Shown: positions 21,488 through 34,990, numbered from the stretch's first letter. The stretch: 64,000 nt of DNA from Selaginella moellendorffii (GCF_000143415.4 NW_003314272.1:1744374-1808373), one strand, 5' to 3'. A program made the numbers and translations. The notes: generated by a model not told the origin, from the letters alone.

Positions 21488-24400
21488 CTAGAGGAGGTAA
21501 CTTTGTCCTGGAATTTGTGTGCCACCAGAGCCGGCCATGGGCATTTGAGATCCACCCGGCATCATCTGCGGAGGTTTGCTCTGTTGCGCGGTTGGCGGAA
21601 ATCCGCCGTGCGAGAAATTTGGTGCACCAGGCTGTGGATTTTGACCCTGTGGCTTGAACACCACCGTATCCTGTGAAAAAGCCACGCACGGTTCGTCAGT
21701 CTCTAGCTCTCGACTAAGAAACTTGTGAGAGATGGGCGACCAAACCCGACCACGACCACCTCACAGGCTTTGAGCTTACCCCTGGAAACAGCATTCCAAT
21801 CATTCGCTGTGGTTTATCAGCGCTGGCAAGCAGCAACGTCTGCGAGGGGAGCTGAATGACAGCACACTGGAAGCAAAACAAGGAAAATCAGTTCCCTCGG
21901 AGAAGACTTTTTTTTTGCCTATATGTACCAGTTTTTTATCTGCGAGCTGCTGGAGGAATCCATGCTGGTTTAGTGGCCTGAAAACTAGAAGCTCGGCCTT
22001 TCCTTGGTACTCCCTGCTGAAAGGAAGGAAAAGAAAAATCAATAACAATAGATGAAAATAAAGTTCCCGTTCCATACTTGCTCATGTAGTCCTGTGGAAT
22101 TAAACGCACTATCTGCATTGTCAGCGGCCAATCGGCAGCCAACCTGCAACGCATGGTCACATGTTACGAATGCCTGTAGTTTCCATAGGTAAATACGTAC
22201 GTTTCAGGAGACGAGATTTGCCGGTATCCCTGCCATCAAAAGAATAGAGATGAAATTCATGTGCATTCGTTCGAGACTTTTCACCTCCAAGCTACAGATT
22301 GGAACCGGCTTTCCATGCCTCTGGCCTGCCAATGTCCCCTGTCACACCAACTTTGAGAAAGGAGAAGCAACACAAAGTCAAAACCAGCACCTGCCAGAGC
22401 TTCGTGTACTTTGTATTCGCAGGCTGCTGCGGTGGTGTAGTCGCAACACCATTCGAGACTAGATGAGATACTCCAGCGTTGCCAGTTGCTGGATTCTGAC
22501 CAGGCTGAGACATCGGAAGCAGCACACCAGCATTCGGAGCGCTCCCAACAGAGTTGCTCGGTGCTGCTATCGAGCTATGCGGCATTCCAAGTCCGGCACC
22601 CTGGACGCTCTGGCCGCCAACCACGAGAGGATTTGCAGCTTGCAAACTCTGGGCCATTCCAACCGTGCTCGCCACCGGAGGTAAGCCACTTGGCATACTA
22701 GCTGGTTGCATCATCCCCGCAGGAGCATTCGACGGCAGAATGCTGCTAGTATTTGCGTTTCCTTGTACTGGTCCCAGGCTTGCACTACCTGCATCGCCAC
22801 TAAGTCCGTGTGCCAGGCTGGCTGGCTGACTAACTGGTTGTGTGATCCCCATACCAGCTTGTCCCACTGCTAAAGATCCAGCAGAGAGAATGCTTGATAC
22901 CGCTGCTGAGCCTGCTCCCTGCCTGATTTGATTCAGCACGCTCGCAGCAGGAACCGGACGATGCGATTGCAAAGTATTAGTGTTGATGCTCTTAAAGTCC
23001 TGAACAGCAGTCGATGAGTCTGAGCCGAGTGGGGGACGAAGAACTTCTTGACTCATAGCTGACGTGGCTCCCGAGCTTTGTATCGGAAGAGAAACCGCCG
23101 CCATACTTGTGTTCGCCATAGGCGGCGAGCCATATGAGAGCGGACCAGAGGTCGAGACGTGCTCCTGCATCTCATATGTAAGAAACGAAACATAGAAAAA
23201 ATTTCTTACAATTTTTACAGTTGACGTGGGTATGTTACCATTTGACATGATCTGTGATTGCCTTCCAGAGGTTGTAGGCACTGCGAGACAAAAGAAAGAA
23301 GTTAGCCAAGCCTTCACGAAATTAAAATTAAGGAGACCTGTGCCGGTGGATACAGATGGCACCGCAGTTGCAGGTACTGGTTGTGTAGTCTGCACCGTCA
23401 AAGGAGCAGCAGCTTGCTGCTCAACTTTTACACTTGTAGGCGATGGTGGCATACTAACAGCAGCAGCAAGTGCAGGAGCCTGAGTGACACGACGCAAGCA
23501 ATTCCTGGCCTCCAAAAAGCTCTCGGAGATTAAGACAAGGTGCTGCGTGTGCTTGGCAATCTCGTTCGAAGGGTCAGAAGCTCGAGGATTTTGCTTGGCC
23601 TGATCTCAAAAGCCTTAAGGAAAGACATATAAGAATTAGCAATAGCATACCACTGAGTACAGGTTCTTTAATGATGGTAACTGCCGCGGACAAACAACTG
23701 AAAGAGATATATGGCACTGAAGGAAAACACGATGTGAGAAAACAATCGTCTATGAGAAAATGCATAAAGCAACCTGAGAGAATGCCCTTGCAACGGCTTC
23801 AGCATCCGCAAGCCACCAATGGTCCGGCTTCGCATCCGCGCCAGTGCTTAGAGGCGGATGAGGGACGGGAGTTTGAAGCCTGTGAGGATTTGAAGCTGCC
23901 ACCAAAATACAATGTCTCTGGCATGCCTGGTTACTTGGCGGCTGAGTCGTGGGACAGCACATCTGCAAGGCTCAAAATCCTCAGCTTCATAATTCAAAAT
24001 GAAACTTATATATGCTTACCACAAGAGCTTCCGCTAATCCCTCCGCCACAGCAACTTCGCCAAATCCACCACCCGAGAAATCGATGGACGATAGCCATAG
24101 CTGGAACAGCTCCAAGCTCGGCGTCCAGCCACTTCTCTGGAGCAGGCAGCCTGTGATAGATGGATAAAGGTCAAGCTCTCTAAAGTCTTTGCCTACCACT
24201 GTAGGAGTCATGGCCGCGAAAGACCACGAGCGCCATCTCCAGAGTAGCCCCATTGTCCTTCTAGAAAGCCACGACCGTGAGAGAACCACCGAGAGAGAAA
24301 AAAAAATTCTCACCTGGACATTCCCATCTTGACCATAGAACGCTCTAAAATACCAATCAGGAATCCTCGCCAACAAGCAAGAAATTACCTGGCGATCTTG

Positions 24401-24546
24401 TCGAGATACTCGGATCGCAGCAGCGGCCACGACGGGCCTAGCGCCGCCGTCGCCTCGACCGCGAGCACCAGATACTGCGCCTGCGGCTGCTGCGCGGTCA
24501 CGCCAGAGCCGCTGCTGGGAGGCCCCGCGCTGCTGCTCGTCGCCAT
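21488..24546 (-). CDS. MED25: Mediator subunit 25 / PFT1 (multi-exon)
   Basis: vWA domain LAVEATAALGPSW..YLDKI, LQRSGWT..FSGGGFGEVAVAEGLAEAL, RHCILVAASNP; ACID domain KYTKLWQG, LAADWPLTMQIVRLIPQD, YQGKAELLVFRPLNQHGFL; GT-AG introns. Confidence 0.93.
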
Positions 24547-26069
24547 TTCCACCCGCGGGAAGAACCCTAGAAACCAGTGAGCCTTTGAAAGCCCAACGGG
24601 CTGGATGGGGCCAATTGGCAACGCTTTCAGCCGTCGGATGAGGGAGTCGTGTGTTGAAAGATTCTACGAAATAAAACCCCGATCCTTTTCTCTGGAAATG
24701 GTAAAGGTGACGGAACTTGCGATCATAGCCGAAAATAGCTTTTCAAAAAAGATCTGGTTGCAACCGTTGTACCCTTAGCATTAAATTTGTCAATGTGTTT
24801 TCTTTGAATGGATCGGCTTTTGTTCCATGCTTTGCTGAAAAGAAAGTAGAACAGGTTATCTAGGAAGCTTTGGATCTCGGTTGAGATTCGAACCATGCTC
24901 AAAAACATTGCCCAATCGCGAATTAATTTTTTGCTTCAAATTAAAAGGGTGGGGTCTAACTTTGAGAAAGAAAATAAAAACTTTTTGCAAACAAAAGCCC
25001 TTGTCTGTAAAAATGTACTAAATAAGGTAATAATTGATAAAACAGTTGGAGAATTTTAAGCAAGGTTTGACTATTTCATTTTTTATTCATCAATAAAAGT
25101 GGCATGGAAGATCTGGTTCTTTTCTTCAAGAAAGGGATCAATACTGTGGAATTGGTACTTGCAACTGTGGTTCCAGCCAGGCTTTAGAACCTTGGCAAAC
25201 CAAGTACATTGCTTGATTCAGCTTTTCAGCTTTTGTGGCTTGCAAGCAAGAGAGCACGAATTCCCTTCTCCAGGGATTTAGGCAGTCAAGGCTATCTCGG
25301 ACGAGATTGCACTGGAAAAGACGCTAAGGTTGTATGCGGGATTTGTCATTGCTCAATGGCTCGGTAGCACACTTGGCCGAGCATATATGGATGGTCGTAT
25401 TCTTGAAGAAGCTGGCTGGAAGAGAGGTTCCTAACGTCATATGACCAACTTGAGGTGCATCTCCTTTTTTACTTTAGTTCCTAACAATAACATAGAATTC
25501 TTCATCTGGCATGACTACAATCTCATGAATCTTGGTACATACTCTCAAAAAGCCTCACTTGATCATGCCACTAAGAACTAAAGTTTTGTTCGCAGTGATT
25601 CGGAGCTAGATATTCTACAAACCTTGGAGTTGATGTCGTGGATCAAATCTTTGGCTTTGGTTACCAGTGGAACTATGTATACGGAATACTGGTAACAAAA
25701 GTTTTACGTCACTAGCTAGAGATTATAGTGAGCAAAATGAATTGAATTCACTCAAGCGATTCCTTTTTCCAGACATTATCTGAGCAGTGGATTGATCGTC
25801 CATTATGATCGTGAGGAATTCCAAGAATTCTTGTGGAGGAGAAGCAAAAGTGAGCTTTCTCGATCTTCCAGGGATTTTGTGAAATGAGATATTCTTCAAG
25901 GTCTCCTTGACATGATACTGTGAGATGCTAGCGAGGCTACGTTTAATCTTTTGGTGGTTTTTAAGCTGAGGTTTATTTTGGATCCCACTATGCTGTCATG
26001 ATTGGAGGTGCATGAAGTTTATTTAGATAGGAGTATATTCTATGAAGATCTTTAACCTAGAACTTGGTC

Positions 26070-26512
26070 TTCAAGCCATCACAAAGATCCACGAGCTGTT
26101 TGGATGGGCATCGAAGACCAGGAGAGGATTGCTGCTGTTTATAGATGAAGCCGATGCTTTCCTATGCAAGTATGTGCTCTCTTCTTATATGAAAGTTTGT
26201 TTTTAATCTTGTGACGATTGCGATCTTCTTGCAGGCGCAACAAAACCTGAATGAATGAAGCCCAGTGCAATGCTCTCAATGCAATTCTATCACTCACCGG
26301 TGACTAATCCAGGGATATTGTGCTGGTGAACCATCTGGGAGACCTTGACGCGGCTGTGCTGGACATGTATGGGAAGTTCGATCACCTCTACCTGGACAAG
26401 TATATTGTACAAGCATGGGAGAGCTCCAAAATGCAAGCACAGCAGCACACAGGATGAAGGACGTGACCGAGGCCGATCGAGGACGTGATCTGAGAGGCTG
26501 CCGAGATGACGG
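26070..26512 (+). pseudogene. ATAD3-like AAA+ ATPase fragment
   Basis: [28 protein letters not shown] / RNKT*MNEAQCNALNAIL..TGD*SRDIVL..GDLDAAVLD..LYLDKYI with in-frame stops. Confidence 0.75.
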
Positions 26513-28377
26513 TAGAGCCTCCTAAGTTAATACTATAACTTATAAAATGTTTAAAGAATTTATTTGTCTATTCAATAAGTAAATGAATAAACACTTTCAA
26601 AAATAAAAACAGACAAAGACATAAGAATAACCATGTTACTAAGGAATACTGTGAATTATGGGGATTTGATCTTATAACAAATAATGCATTCAAAATAATA
26701 GGCTTAGCTACTTTTTCAGAAAACATGTTGATTAGAGAGGATTTTCCATACATATTAGATGAATTCCAGCGCATGATCCACCACCATTAACTGACCAGTG
26801 CTGGATGCAAAAATTTCAGCCAGAAACATTGCCACACACCAGAACAGCGAACATTCAAGTTGGTGATACTGCCTTCTTACAAAAGTGAGAATAGTGATGG
26901 TGGTGGTGTTCACAAGGCTGCTACTTGTATTGTTGTTATTTGCCACCTGAGTCTGCAAGCTCTTTCTCTTCTGGTGCTCCAAAACTTTGCCCACTATTAC
27001 GTTCCAGAACTCCTCCATGGTGAGAACACTGTCCTTGCTTCCAGACCGCTCTCTATTATGTATGACAGACTCAACAGCATAGATCTCTAGAGAGCCATGC
27101 TTCTCTCCACAGTGGCCGTTTTGTGTTTCATTTCACATCCATGGTTTCCAACTTTTAGCTTGCTCCATCAAAGCAACAGTATAGCTGCATCCTTTGCTGT
27201 GATCTTGCCTGCAAACCCAATCTCTTGAGTGTGAGCTCTTCAGCTTTCATTAAATTAAGAAATAGAATAACAATGAACTAGGCCTTCAAAGGTTATTGAT
27301 TAGCACAGTGTAAAATCCTATTGATAATGCCACTTCCAGTTTCTTTCTGTGTTGTACCTCCTATAAAATTGTCTATAAAGGCAACAAAAAATGGGTAGTA
27401 GCTAGCTCAAATGGAAAAAAAGGAACATTCAATATATTAGTATTTTTATCCCATTAAAACATGTTTAAGAAGGAATATTTTGAAAGAATATCTAACATCC
27501 ACCTTCAAAACTTTATCTTGTCAATTTTACTATACAAAACCACGTCAACATATCAGTCCAAATCCAAGAATGGATCCAAGCAGCGGCTATTGACATTTTT
27601 GCGCTGAAGTAGCATACCAGGGGGAAGGTTGCGCTAACCGAGCCGAGAGCTAAGTTTTATTTGAAACATGTATGTGAACTTGGCTTGCTAATCCCATCAC
27701 TCGCTTGATCGAGGTTCTTCTGTCCGGTTGTTCTGCCGGGGGGCATCATGGCAACTCCTTTGATCGGGGTGTCAAGCTGAAATGCCTAGGCTTCTTCGTC
27801 AATGCCTGAGTAATCATTATCAAAATGAAAAAATTATCAGCTTTCATATTATTGCATTATATGTCTTTTAGCGCCTAGCTGGGGGCAGCGAATATAGTAG
27901 ATTTAATTCCAGCTGAAACTTGTGTTCTGTGACACTGAGATCAATTTTGCTGATGATATGAGCCCATGTTTACTATCAATATGGCGTGGGGCCAAAGACA
28001 AGATCGTGGCATTTGGGATCAACGTGACCGGGTGACGATCGCCAACACACCTGGTCATTTCGTTGGCTTGAATGAAATTTTACACAGGTGCAGAATGTAG
28101 GGTTCAAAAAAACATTGCAAGGAAGTCATAACAACCACAAACTCCTCAAATTGTCAAGCCCCACGGACTTGAACACTTATAATTCCTGTATGGATAATGC
28201 TCATTCCCCCCACCATGCGGCCCAACTTGATTAATTAACGTGAGTGAAAGCCGTATTCGAGTTGCACTCCCTTACATAGTCGTAGGTCCCATGCTCACAC
28301 AAATGGACTGTAAACACCATTTTATTCCAACTATAAGAACTTGCTATGGACATATCAAGACGAAGAAGCAAGCAACC

Positions 28378-29185
28378 ATGAAGAACATCTGGGTCTTTGT
28401 GGGCTTCTTGGTTCTGATGAACGTTCTTGTTGCGGCAATCACCCAGCAATGCAGTCCCAGCGATCCATGCCCGGACAATATGTGCTGCAGCCAGTTTGGA
28501 CGGTGCGGGTGCGATTCGGCTTGTGGAGCTGGATGCCAGAGCCAATGCAACTGGTGCCAAGAAGGAGGGGGTGGCGGAGATGGAGGAGCAAATGGTCGAA
28601 AGAACTTTCATCTTCTTTGAAGCTGGTTTGATCGCTGACGTTCGTTTCTTGTTCTTGCCAAGATATTGGGGTCAACTATGGGAGAGTTGCGAACAATCTT
28701 CTGCAGCCGGATCAAGTGGTGAATCTCATCAAGTCCCTGCAGTTCAAGAGGGTGAAGATCTTTGACACAGACCAAACCGTTTTGCAGGCTTTTGCGAATT
28801 CATAGATCCAGCTCACAGTCGCGGTGACCAACCAGGAGTTCAGCTCCATCGCCAGGAGCTCCAACGTGGCGTCGGACTGGGTCAGGAATAGAATCGTGCC
28901 GATTTACCCCACAACGAACGTCGAATTCATCGCAGTGGGGAACAAAGTCCTTTCGGATCCCGGGCTCCCCTGGCCCGATCTAGTCCCTTCAATGTGGAAT
29001 CTCAGAAATGCGCTGAACTCGCTTGGCTTCAACCAAATCAAGATCACAACGCCAATCGCAACAGACATCCTGAAAGAATCATTCCTACCATCCGCAAGAG
29101 AATTCAGATTGGACAACAAAAGGAACTCAGTTATGAATTTGTTGCTGGGCTTCCTGTCCTCCACAAACTCGGTGTTCATGGCCAT
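28378..29185 (+). pseudogene. Secreted hevein (CBM18)-Gly linker-GH17 beta-1,3-glucanase fusion, disrupted and 3'-truncated
   Basis: Signal peptide; CSPSDPCPDNMCCSQFGRCGCDSACGAGCQSQC; GGGGGDGG hinge; intron 28595-28662; then IGVNYGRVANNL..VKIFD..IAVGNK; TAG at 28803; cut by TE sequence at ~29185. Confidence 0.85.
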
Positions 29186-32100
29186 GGCATATTTGGTGTT
29201 TCCACACTAACAATTCCACGAGCTTACCTATATGACACTTCTTACTTGTGTTTAGGTCTTTGCCAAAACCAAAGTGTCATTTTTCATGCTAACTATTAGT
29301 TAGCATTGCACCATAGTGTTCACACATAACTTTATGCCAAAGTTGCTTTCTTTTTTGGGGAACACCTTTCCTATGACTTTAGCATGGCCCATTCTGCCAT
29401 CGATGAGATATCCTCTGTTCTCATCCTTGAATCTTATAATCCCCCCCATCCTTCATGGGGTACAACACACTTCAGTCCAAATGCTTCCATCAATCCTTTA
29501 GGATTATTCTTTGACTCTATTTGAGTCATCCAGCTTTTTGGACTTTGTCATTCGACGACCCATGAGGTCCTACCTTTAAGGTGCTAGCTCACTGGAATAC
29601 AACTTTTTGTATTCAAGTCCTATTCACAAGGACCATTTTTGCAAGTGTTACTCCGACACTTGATTTGTTTTCTTGGGGCAACTTTTTGCCCCTTAGGACC
29701 ATTCACTCATGGACGGATGGCCCAGTTTTGGAGAGATGGGATTGTGATGCAAGTGGTATCGGACCACCAGTGCAGCAAAGGTGAATGGGTATGGCCTTAG
29801 CGTAACAGGCCGAACTGTCAGTGGTACCTTTGGGTGTCGGTCATGGGACCAGACACATGGAGCACTTAGACCAAGTGCAACGGTTGAGTGGCACAGATGC
29901 CATTCTTGGGGCTAGCAAGTCCTCAAGTCCGGAATAGGACTTATGGAAGTTGTGAGTGAGACTCTTCCAAGTGGTTGGAGGTGTGGTTAAGTGATTAAAG
30001 TAGAATGGAAAATTTAGTCACTTACAACTTGGTATCGAAGCTGTTCCTTAGTCCAACTTTTATTGGTGCTCAAGTATATCACCATTGATATTGGCATCGG
30101 AAGGTTTTAGGAGTGGGCCTATCCTTGACGCAAGCATTTATTAGAGGTAGCTCTGGCTACCATATCAAGGACTCGCGTCCTTTTCCGTATTTGACCTCCT
30201 ACAGTCATTATTTCTGGTCTCACATTCATGAGCACTAACCTCAACTATATGAGGATAATTTTGTGACTCCTTTATTGCTTTGGAGTCTCTATCTTTCACG
30301 TGATCCCAACTATAGTTGTTTACCACAACTACATTAGCCAATTGGCTACGTCAAACACTCATCTGGATCACATCCTCAACTCTCTGAGAAAACCTTTATA
30401 CTGTTCCCAAGATTCCAAAGTCGTTCTCTTACTGGCCCCTTTTCTATCCACCACATCACGCCTAAGTTCACACATGAACTCGAGTGGAGAGCCATATCCT
30501 TTCGACATGCTACTATCATCCCAGATCCACTCCTTAGCATCTTTAAGATGCCCACAGACATGGGGAATAGCTTTCCCAAATATCCCTTTTTTAGTCCCCA
30601 CCAAGTCCTTTTTAGCCCATGGCCGAGTTCACTAACACTGCCACTGGATCAAGGCCCATAGGCCCGTCCACTAAGTCCTACGGTCCTCTGGGACTTCCTC
30701 ACCACACGACTGTATCCTTGGTCACTACACCAAAGGACCACTCCTCTTCCTTTCCACAGTCTAAGCCTTTGGGACAACATTTCGGAACACCGTGGCCTTA
30801 CACAAGCCTCATGGGTACTCTCCCCACCTTCTGCCTTTAGATGCTCTAGCCATGGGCTTAGAGCGAGGTTCCGTTGAGCCACACCAGGTATCCAAGTAGG
30901 TAGTGCCACCCACACTTGGACTGGGAGCATCGGTCAGTTGATCTCCCGGGGGAACTAGAGTTGGCTCTTGAACACTTCACCAAGCTACCCCGCTTGTCGG
31001 TCCGTGTTCACTTTAATCTTGGACTTCCCAGTGGGCAACCCATCACCCAACACTGGGTACAGCCTTCCTGGGCCAAACTAACCTTTCCTGGCCAAACTGG
31101 CTTCACTGTAGTCCTCCCCTTTACTATACTTTTGGAGCTCACTAGACCCCCCAGAGTCTAGGAGATGAACGCTTTAGGCTTTCACCCTCTCAGACTCAAA
31201 CTCGGACTTGGACTCGGACTCGGACTCGGACTCAGACTCGGATTCGAGCTCAGTCTCGGCCTTAGCCTCGATCTTGGTCTCGGTCCCAATCTCGGTCTCG
31301 GTCTTGGTCCCGGTCTCGGTCTTGACCTCGGTGTGAGACACAAAATCCCTAGGCCCCAAAGTGGAGCCGGAAAGGGTGCCACGTGGTAGTGGCCGAAGCG
31401 AAAGCCCAAACGAGTGTAACACTTTTGGACTAAAAGCTCTAACTTGGAAGGTCGAGAGCGGGAGTGGAACTCCCAACAAAGTGCTCAAGGAGCGAGCATG
31501 AAGCGAGCAATAAGCAAGGCTCCAAAAAGGGACCCAAAAAGGACCAACACATGACACGTGGAAGTGTCCGAGATGGAGTCCGAGATGGAGTCCGATATGG
31601 AGTCCGAGGTGGACCGAAGTGGAGTCCGAGGTGGACCGAGACAGAGTCCGAGATGGACCCGAGATGGAGTCCGAGATGGAGTCCGAGATGGACTCGAGGT
31701 GGAGTCCGAGATGGAGTCCGAGGTGGACCGAGACGGAGTCCGAGATGGACCCGAGATGGAGTCCGAGATGGACCGAGACGGAGTCCAAGATGGACTGAGA
31801 CAGAGTCCGAGATGGAGTCCGAGATGGACCGAGACGGAGCCCGAGATGGAGTCCAAGATGGAGTCCGAGAAGGACCTGAGATGGAGTCCGAGGTCGAGAC
31901 CGAGACCGGGACCGAGACCGAGACCGAGACCGAGACCGGGACCGAGACTGGGACCGAGACCAGGACCGAGGCCAAGGCTGAGACCGAGCCTGAGCCCGAG
32001 TCCGAGTCCGAGTCCAAGTCCGAGACTAGGACCGAGGCCAAGGCTGAGACCGAGCCCGAGCCCGAGTCCGAGTCCGAGTCCAAGTCCGAGTCTGAGTCCG

Positions 32101-33833
32101 AGTTCGAGTCTGAGAGGGTGAAAGCCCAAAGCATTCGTCTCCCAGACCCTGGGGGGTTTGGTGAGCTCCAAAAGTATAGTGAGGGGGAGGACTGCAGTGG
32201 AGCCAGTTTGGCTAGGAAAGGCCAGTTTGGCCCAGGAAGGCCAGACCCAGTGTCGGGTGATGAACTGACCACTGGGAAGTCCAAGACTAGAGTGAATATA
32301 GACCGATAAGCGGGGTAGCTTGGTGAAGTGTTCAAGAGCCGGCTCTAGTTCCCCCGGGAGATTGACTGGCCGATGCTCCCAGTCCAAGTGTGGGTGGCAC
32401 TACCTACTTGGATACCAGGCGTGGCTCAACGGGACCTCGCTCTAAGCCCATGGCTAGAGCACCTAAAGGCGAAAGGTGGGGAGAGTACCCAGGTGGTTCG
32501 CGTAAGGCCATGGTGTTCTGAAATGTTGTCCCAAAGGCCCAAGCTGTGGAAAGGAAGAGGAGCAGTCCTCTGGGGTAGTGACCAAGGACACAGTCGTGTG
32601 GTGAGGAAGTCCCAGAGGACCGTGGGATTTAGTGGTCGAACCTGTGGGCCTTGATCGAGTGGAAGTGTTGGCGAACGTGGCCATGGACAGAAAAGGGACT
32701 TGGTAGGAACTGACAAAGGGATATTGGGGAAGGCTATTCCCCATGTCTGTGGGCATCCTAAAGATGCTAAAGAGTGGATCTGGGTTGACCACTCGTGGAC
32801 GGATGGCCCAGTCTTGGAGAGACGGGATTGTGATGCAAGTGGTATTGGACCACTAGTGCGGCAAAGGTGAATGGGCATGGCCTTAGCGTAACAGGCCGAT
32901 ATGTCAGTGGTGCCTTTGGGTGTCGGTCTTGGGACCGGACACATGGAGCACTTGGACTAAACGCAAGTGATGAGTGGCATGGATGCCATTCTTGGGCTAG
33001 CAAGCCCCAAGTCCTGAATTGGACTTAAGGAGGTTGTGAATGAGACTCCTCCAAGCGGTCGAAGGTGTGGTTAAGTGACTAAAGTAGAATGGAAAAATTA
33101 GTCGCTTACACTCGGACTCCATCTTAGGTCCTTCTCGGACTCCATCTCGGATTCCATCTCGGGTCCATCTCGGACTCCGTCTCGGGTCCATTTTGGGCTC
33201 CATCTCGGGCTCCATCTTGGGCTCTATCTCGGACTCCATCTCGGATCCATCTCAGACTCCATCTCAGGTCCATCTTGGACTCCATCTTGGGTCTTTCTCA
33301 GGTCCATCTCGGACTCCATCTCAGACTCCTTCTTGGGTCCATCTCGGACTCTATCTCGGGTCCATCTCAGACTCCATCTTGGACTCCATCTCGGGTCCTT
33401 CTCAGACTCCATCTTGGGTCCTTCTCGGGTCCATCTCGGACTCCAACTCAGGTCCAACTCGGGTCCATCTCGGATCCATCTCAAACTCCACTTTGGATTC
33501 CAACTCAGGTCCATCTCAGGTCCATCTCGGGTCCATCTCGGACTCCACTTTGGACTCCAACTCGGGTCCATCTCAGACTCCACCTCGGGTCCATCTCGGA
33601 CTCTTCCACGTGTCATGTGTTGGTCCTTTTGGGTCCCTTTCTTGGAGCCTCGCTTATTATTTGCTTCGTGCTCGTTCCTTGAGCATTTTGTTGGGAGTTC
33701 CACTCCCGTTCTCAACTTTTCAAGTCGGAGCATTTGGTCTAAACGTGTTACGCTCGTTTGGCTTTTGCTTTGGCCACTACCACGTGGCACCCTTCCGGCT
33801 CCACTTTGGGGCCTAAGGATTTTGTGTCTCACA
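29185..33833 (-). mobile_element. Truncated, internally rearranged family B element (interior + 5' LTR ending at 33833)
   Basis: 29190-29700 ~ 14585-15100; 29704-30125 is an inverted copy of 15555-15970 (PBS + LTR start); 30135-30515 ~ 15165-15550; 30520-31331 and 33111-33833 are the rest of the LTR. Confidence 0.85.
31332..33110 (+). mobile_element. Solo LTR of family B inserted in opposite orientation into another family B LTR
   Basis: TGTGAG...CTTACA ends; TSD CTCGG at 31327-31331 and 33111-33115. Confidence 0.92.
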
Positions 33834-34033
33834 CAAGCTTGGGAGTTTGGCACCATTCCTTTGTTCAGTGGCCCAAGGCCCTGAAACTCGGGTTCCACAC
33901 CACTGTCCTTTGGACATGTGGCATGTGACACGTAGCATTTGTCACGTGGCATATAGAGGGTTAGGTTCCACTTCATGGTGTTATCCTATGGTAAATCATA
34001 ATAGGATAAAAGGTAAAAACCATGTGCACTACA
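33834..34033. mobile_element. Family C LTR-end fragment
   Basis: Similar to 8554-8713, ends ...GTGCACTACA. Confidence 0.55.
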
Positions 34034-34037
34034 GATT

Positions 34038-34199
34038 TTCTGGGAAGTCTAAATTTAGGAGTTTATAAGATGCTTAACCCCAAATATCCCAAGACCCTTA
34101 ACCAATTGGAAAATGGGGTGCACTTTTATTATGGGCACTTTCCCTTTATATTTGAACCCTATGGATCACCTCTCAAATCGTTCTTTTTGGTTGCTTACA
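34038..34199. mobile_element. Degenerate Cassandra LTR fragments in opposite orientations (34038-34066 inverted terminus; 34067-34199 distal LTR part)
   Basis: 34067-34199 matches 7408-7540; 34038-34066 matches the reverse complement of 7347-7376 with C->T decay. Confidence 0.8.
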
Positions 34200-34990
34200 G
34201 TGCTGTGGAAGGATAGTTGGAGTTAATTGTAATTTCCTATTTATTTAAGTTGATGGTATTTGATATAATAGCAATGAGTATATCATTATTACGTCAGACT
34301 ACTTGGCTTGTTGAGTGAAAATTAATGCTTTTACTAATGTGTTTGTGACTGTTGTTGAGTACTTTTTTCTTAATCAAGTGGTATTTCAACATTCCTATTT
34401 AAAGTGGAATGATCTTGCATTTATGGTTAATGCATTTCACATTTTAATATCTTGGCTAAGGATATATTAGACTTTCATGAGTGCTTATCATCCATAGACA
34501 GATGGTTTGATGGAATAATTTGTTTGGACTTTTAGAGAAATGATTGTGAATTATGTGAACTTTCAACATTCAGATTGAGATGGTTATTTGTTGTTTATTC
34601 GGTATATATATGTCATAAGTATATAAAGTTCCATTAATGTTTCACCATATAAACTCTTGTATAGTCATGATCCAATGAAGTTAAATTTACTTTCACGATT
34701 GCCACAAACTACCAATATTAAATCATGGGATTAATATTTAATGAGCATTTTTCCACTAGTCCAAGTGGAATCTACTAAATATTTAGGCCATGTATAAGTG
34801 GGATAATAATAGCACTACAACTCCTATCATTATATATTTACAAAACATAATATAGATGACTTTGTGTTAGTTCATTTTCCCAATTTTATGGTATATAATT
34901 TGTTTAAGAGGCTCAGTAGAAAGGATTGTATTAGGTGTTGTTGTAAATTAGATTGCAAGTTTATGAAGTTTGGTATGATATTCAACAAGT
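34200..34990 (+). mobile_element. Highly decayed, AT-rich gypsy integrase relic
   Basis: SAYHP*TDGLME at ~34481-34516 plus downstream SPY.LLY-like motif; many stops. Confidence 0.65.

Noticed and set aside
26740-27210. Possible minus-strand gene fragment
   Set aside because: No recognisable motif and interrupted by stops; cannot be supported.
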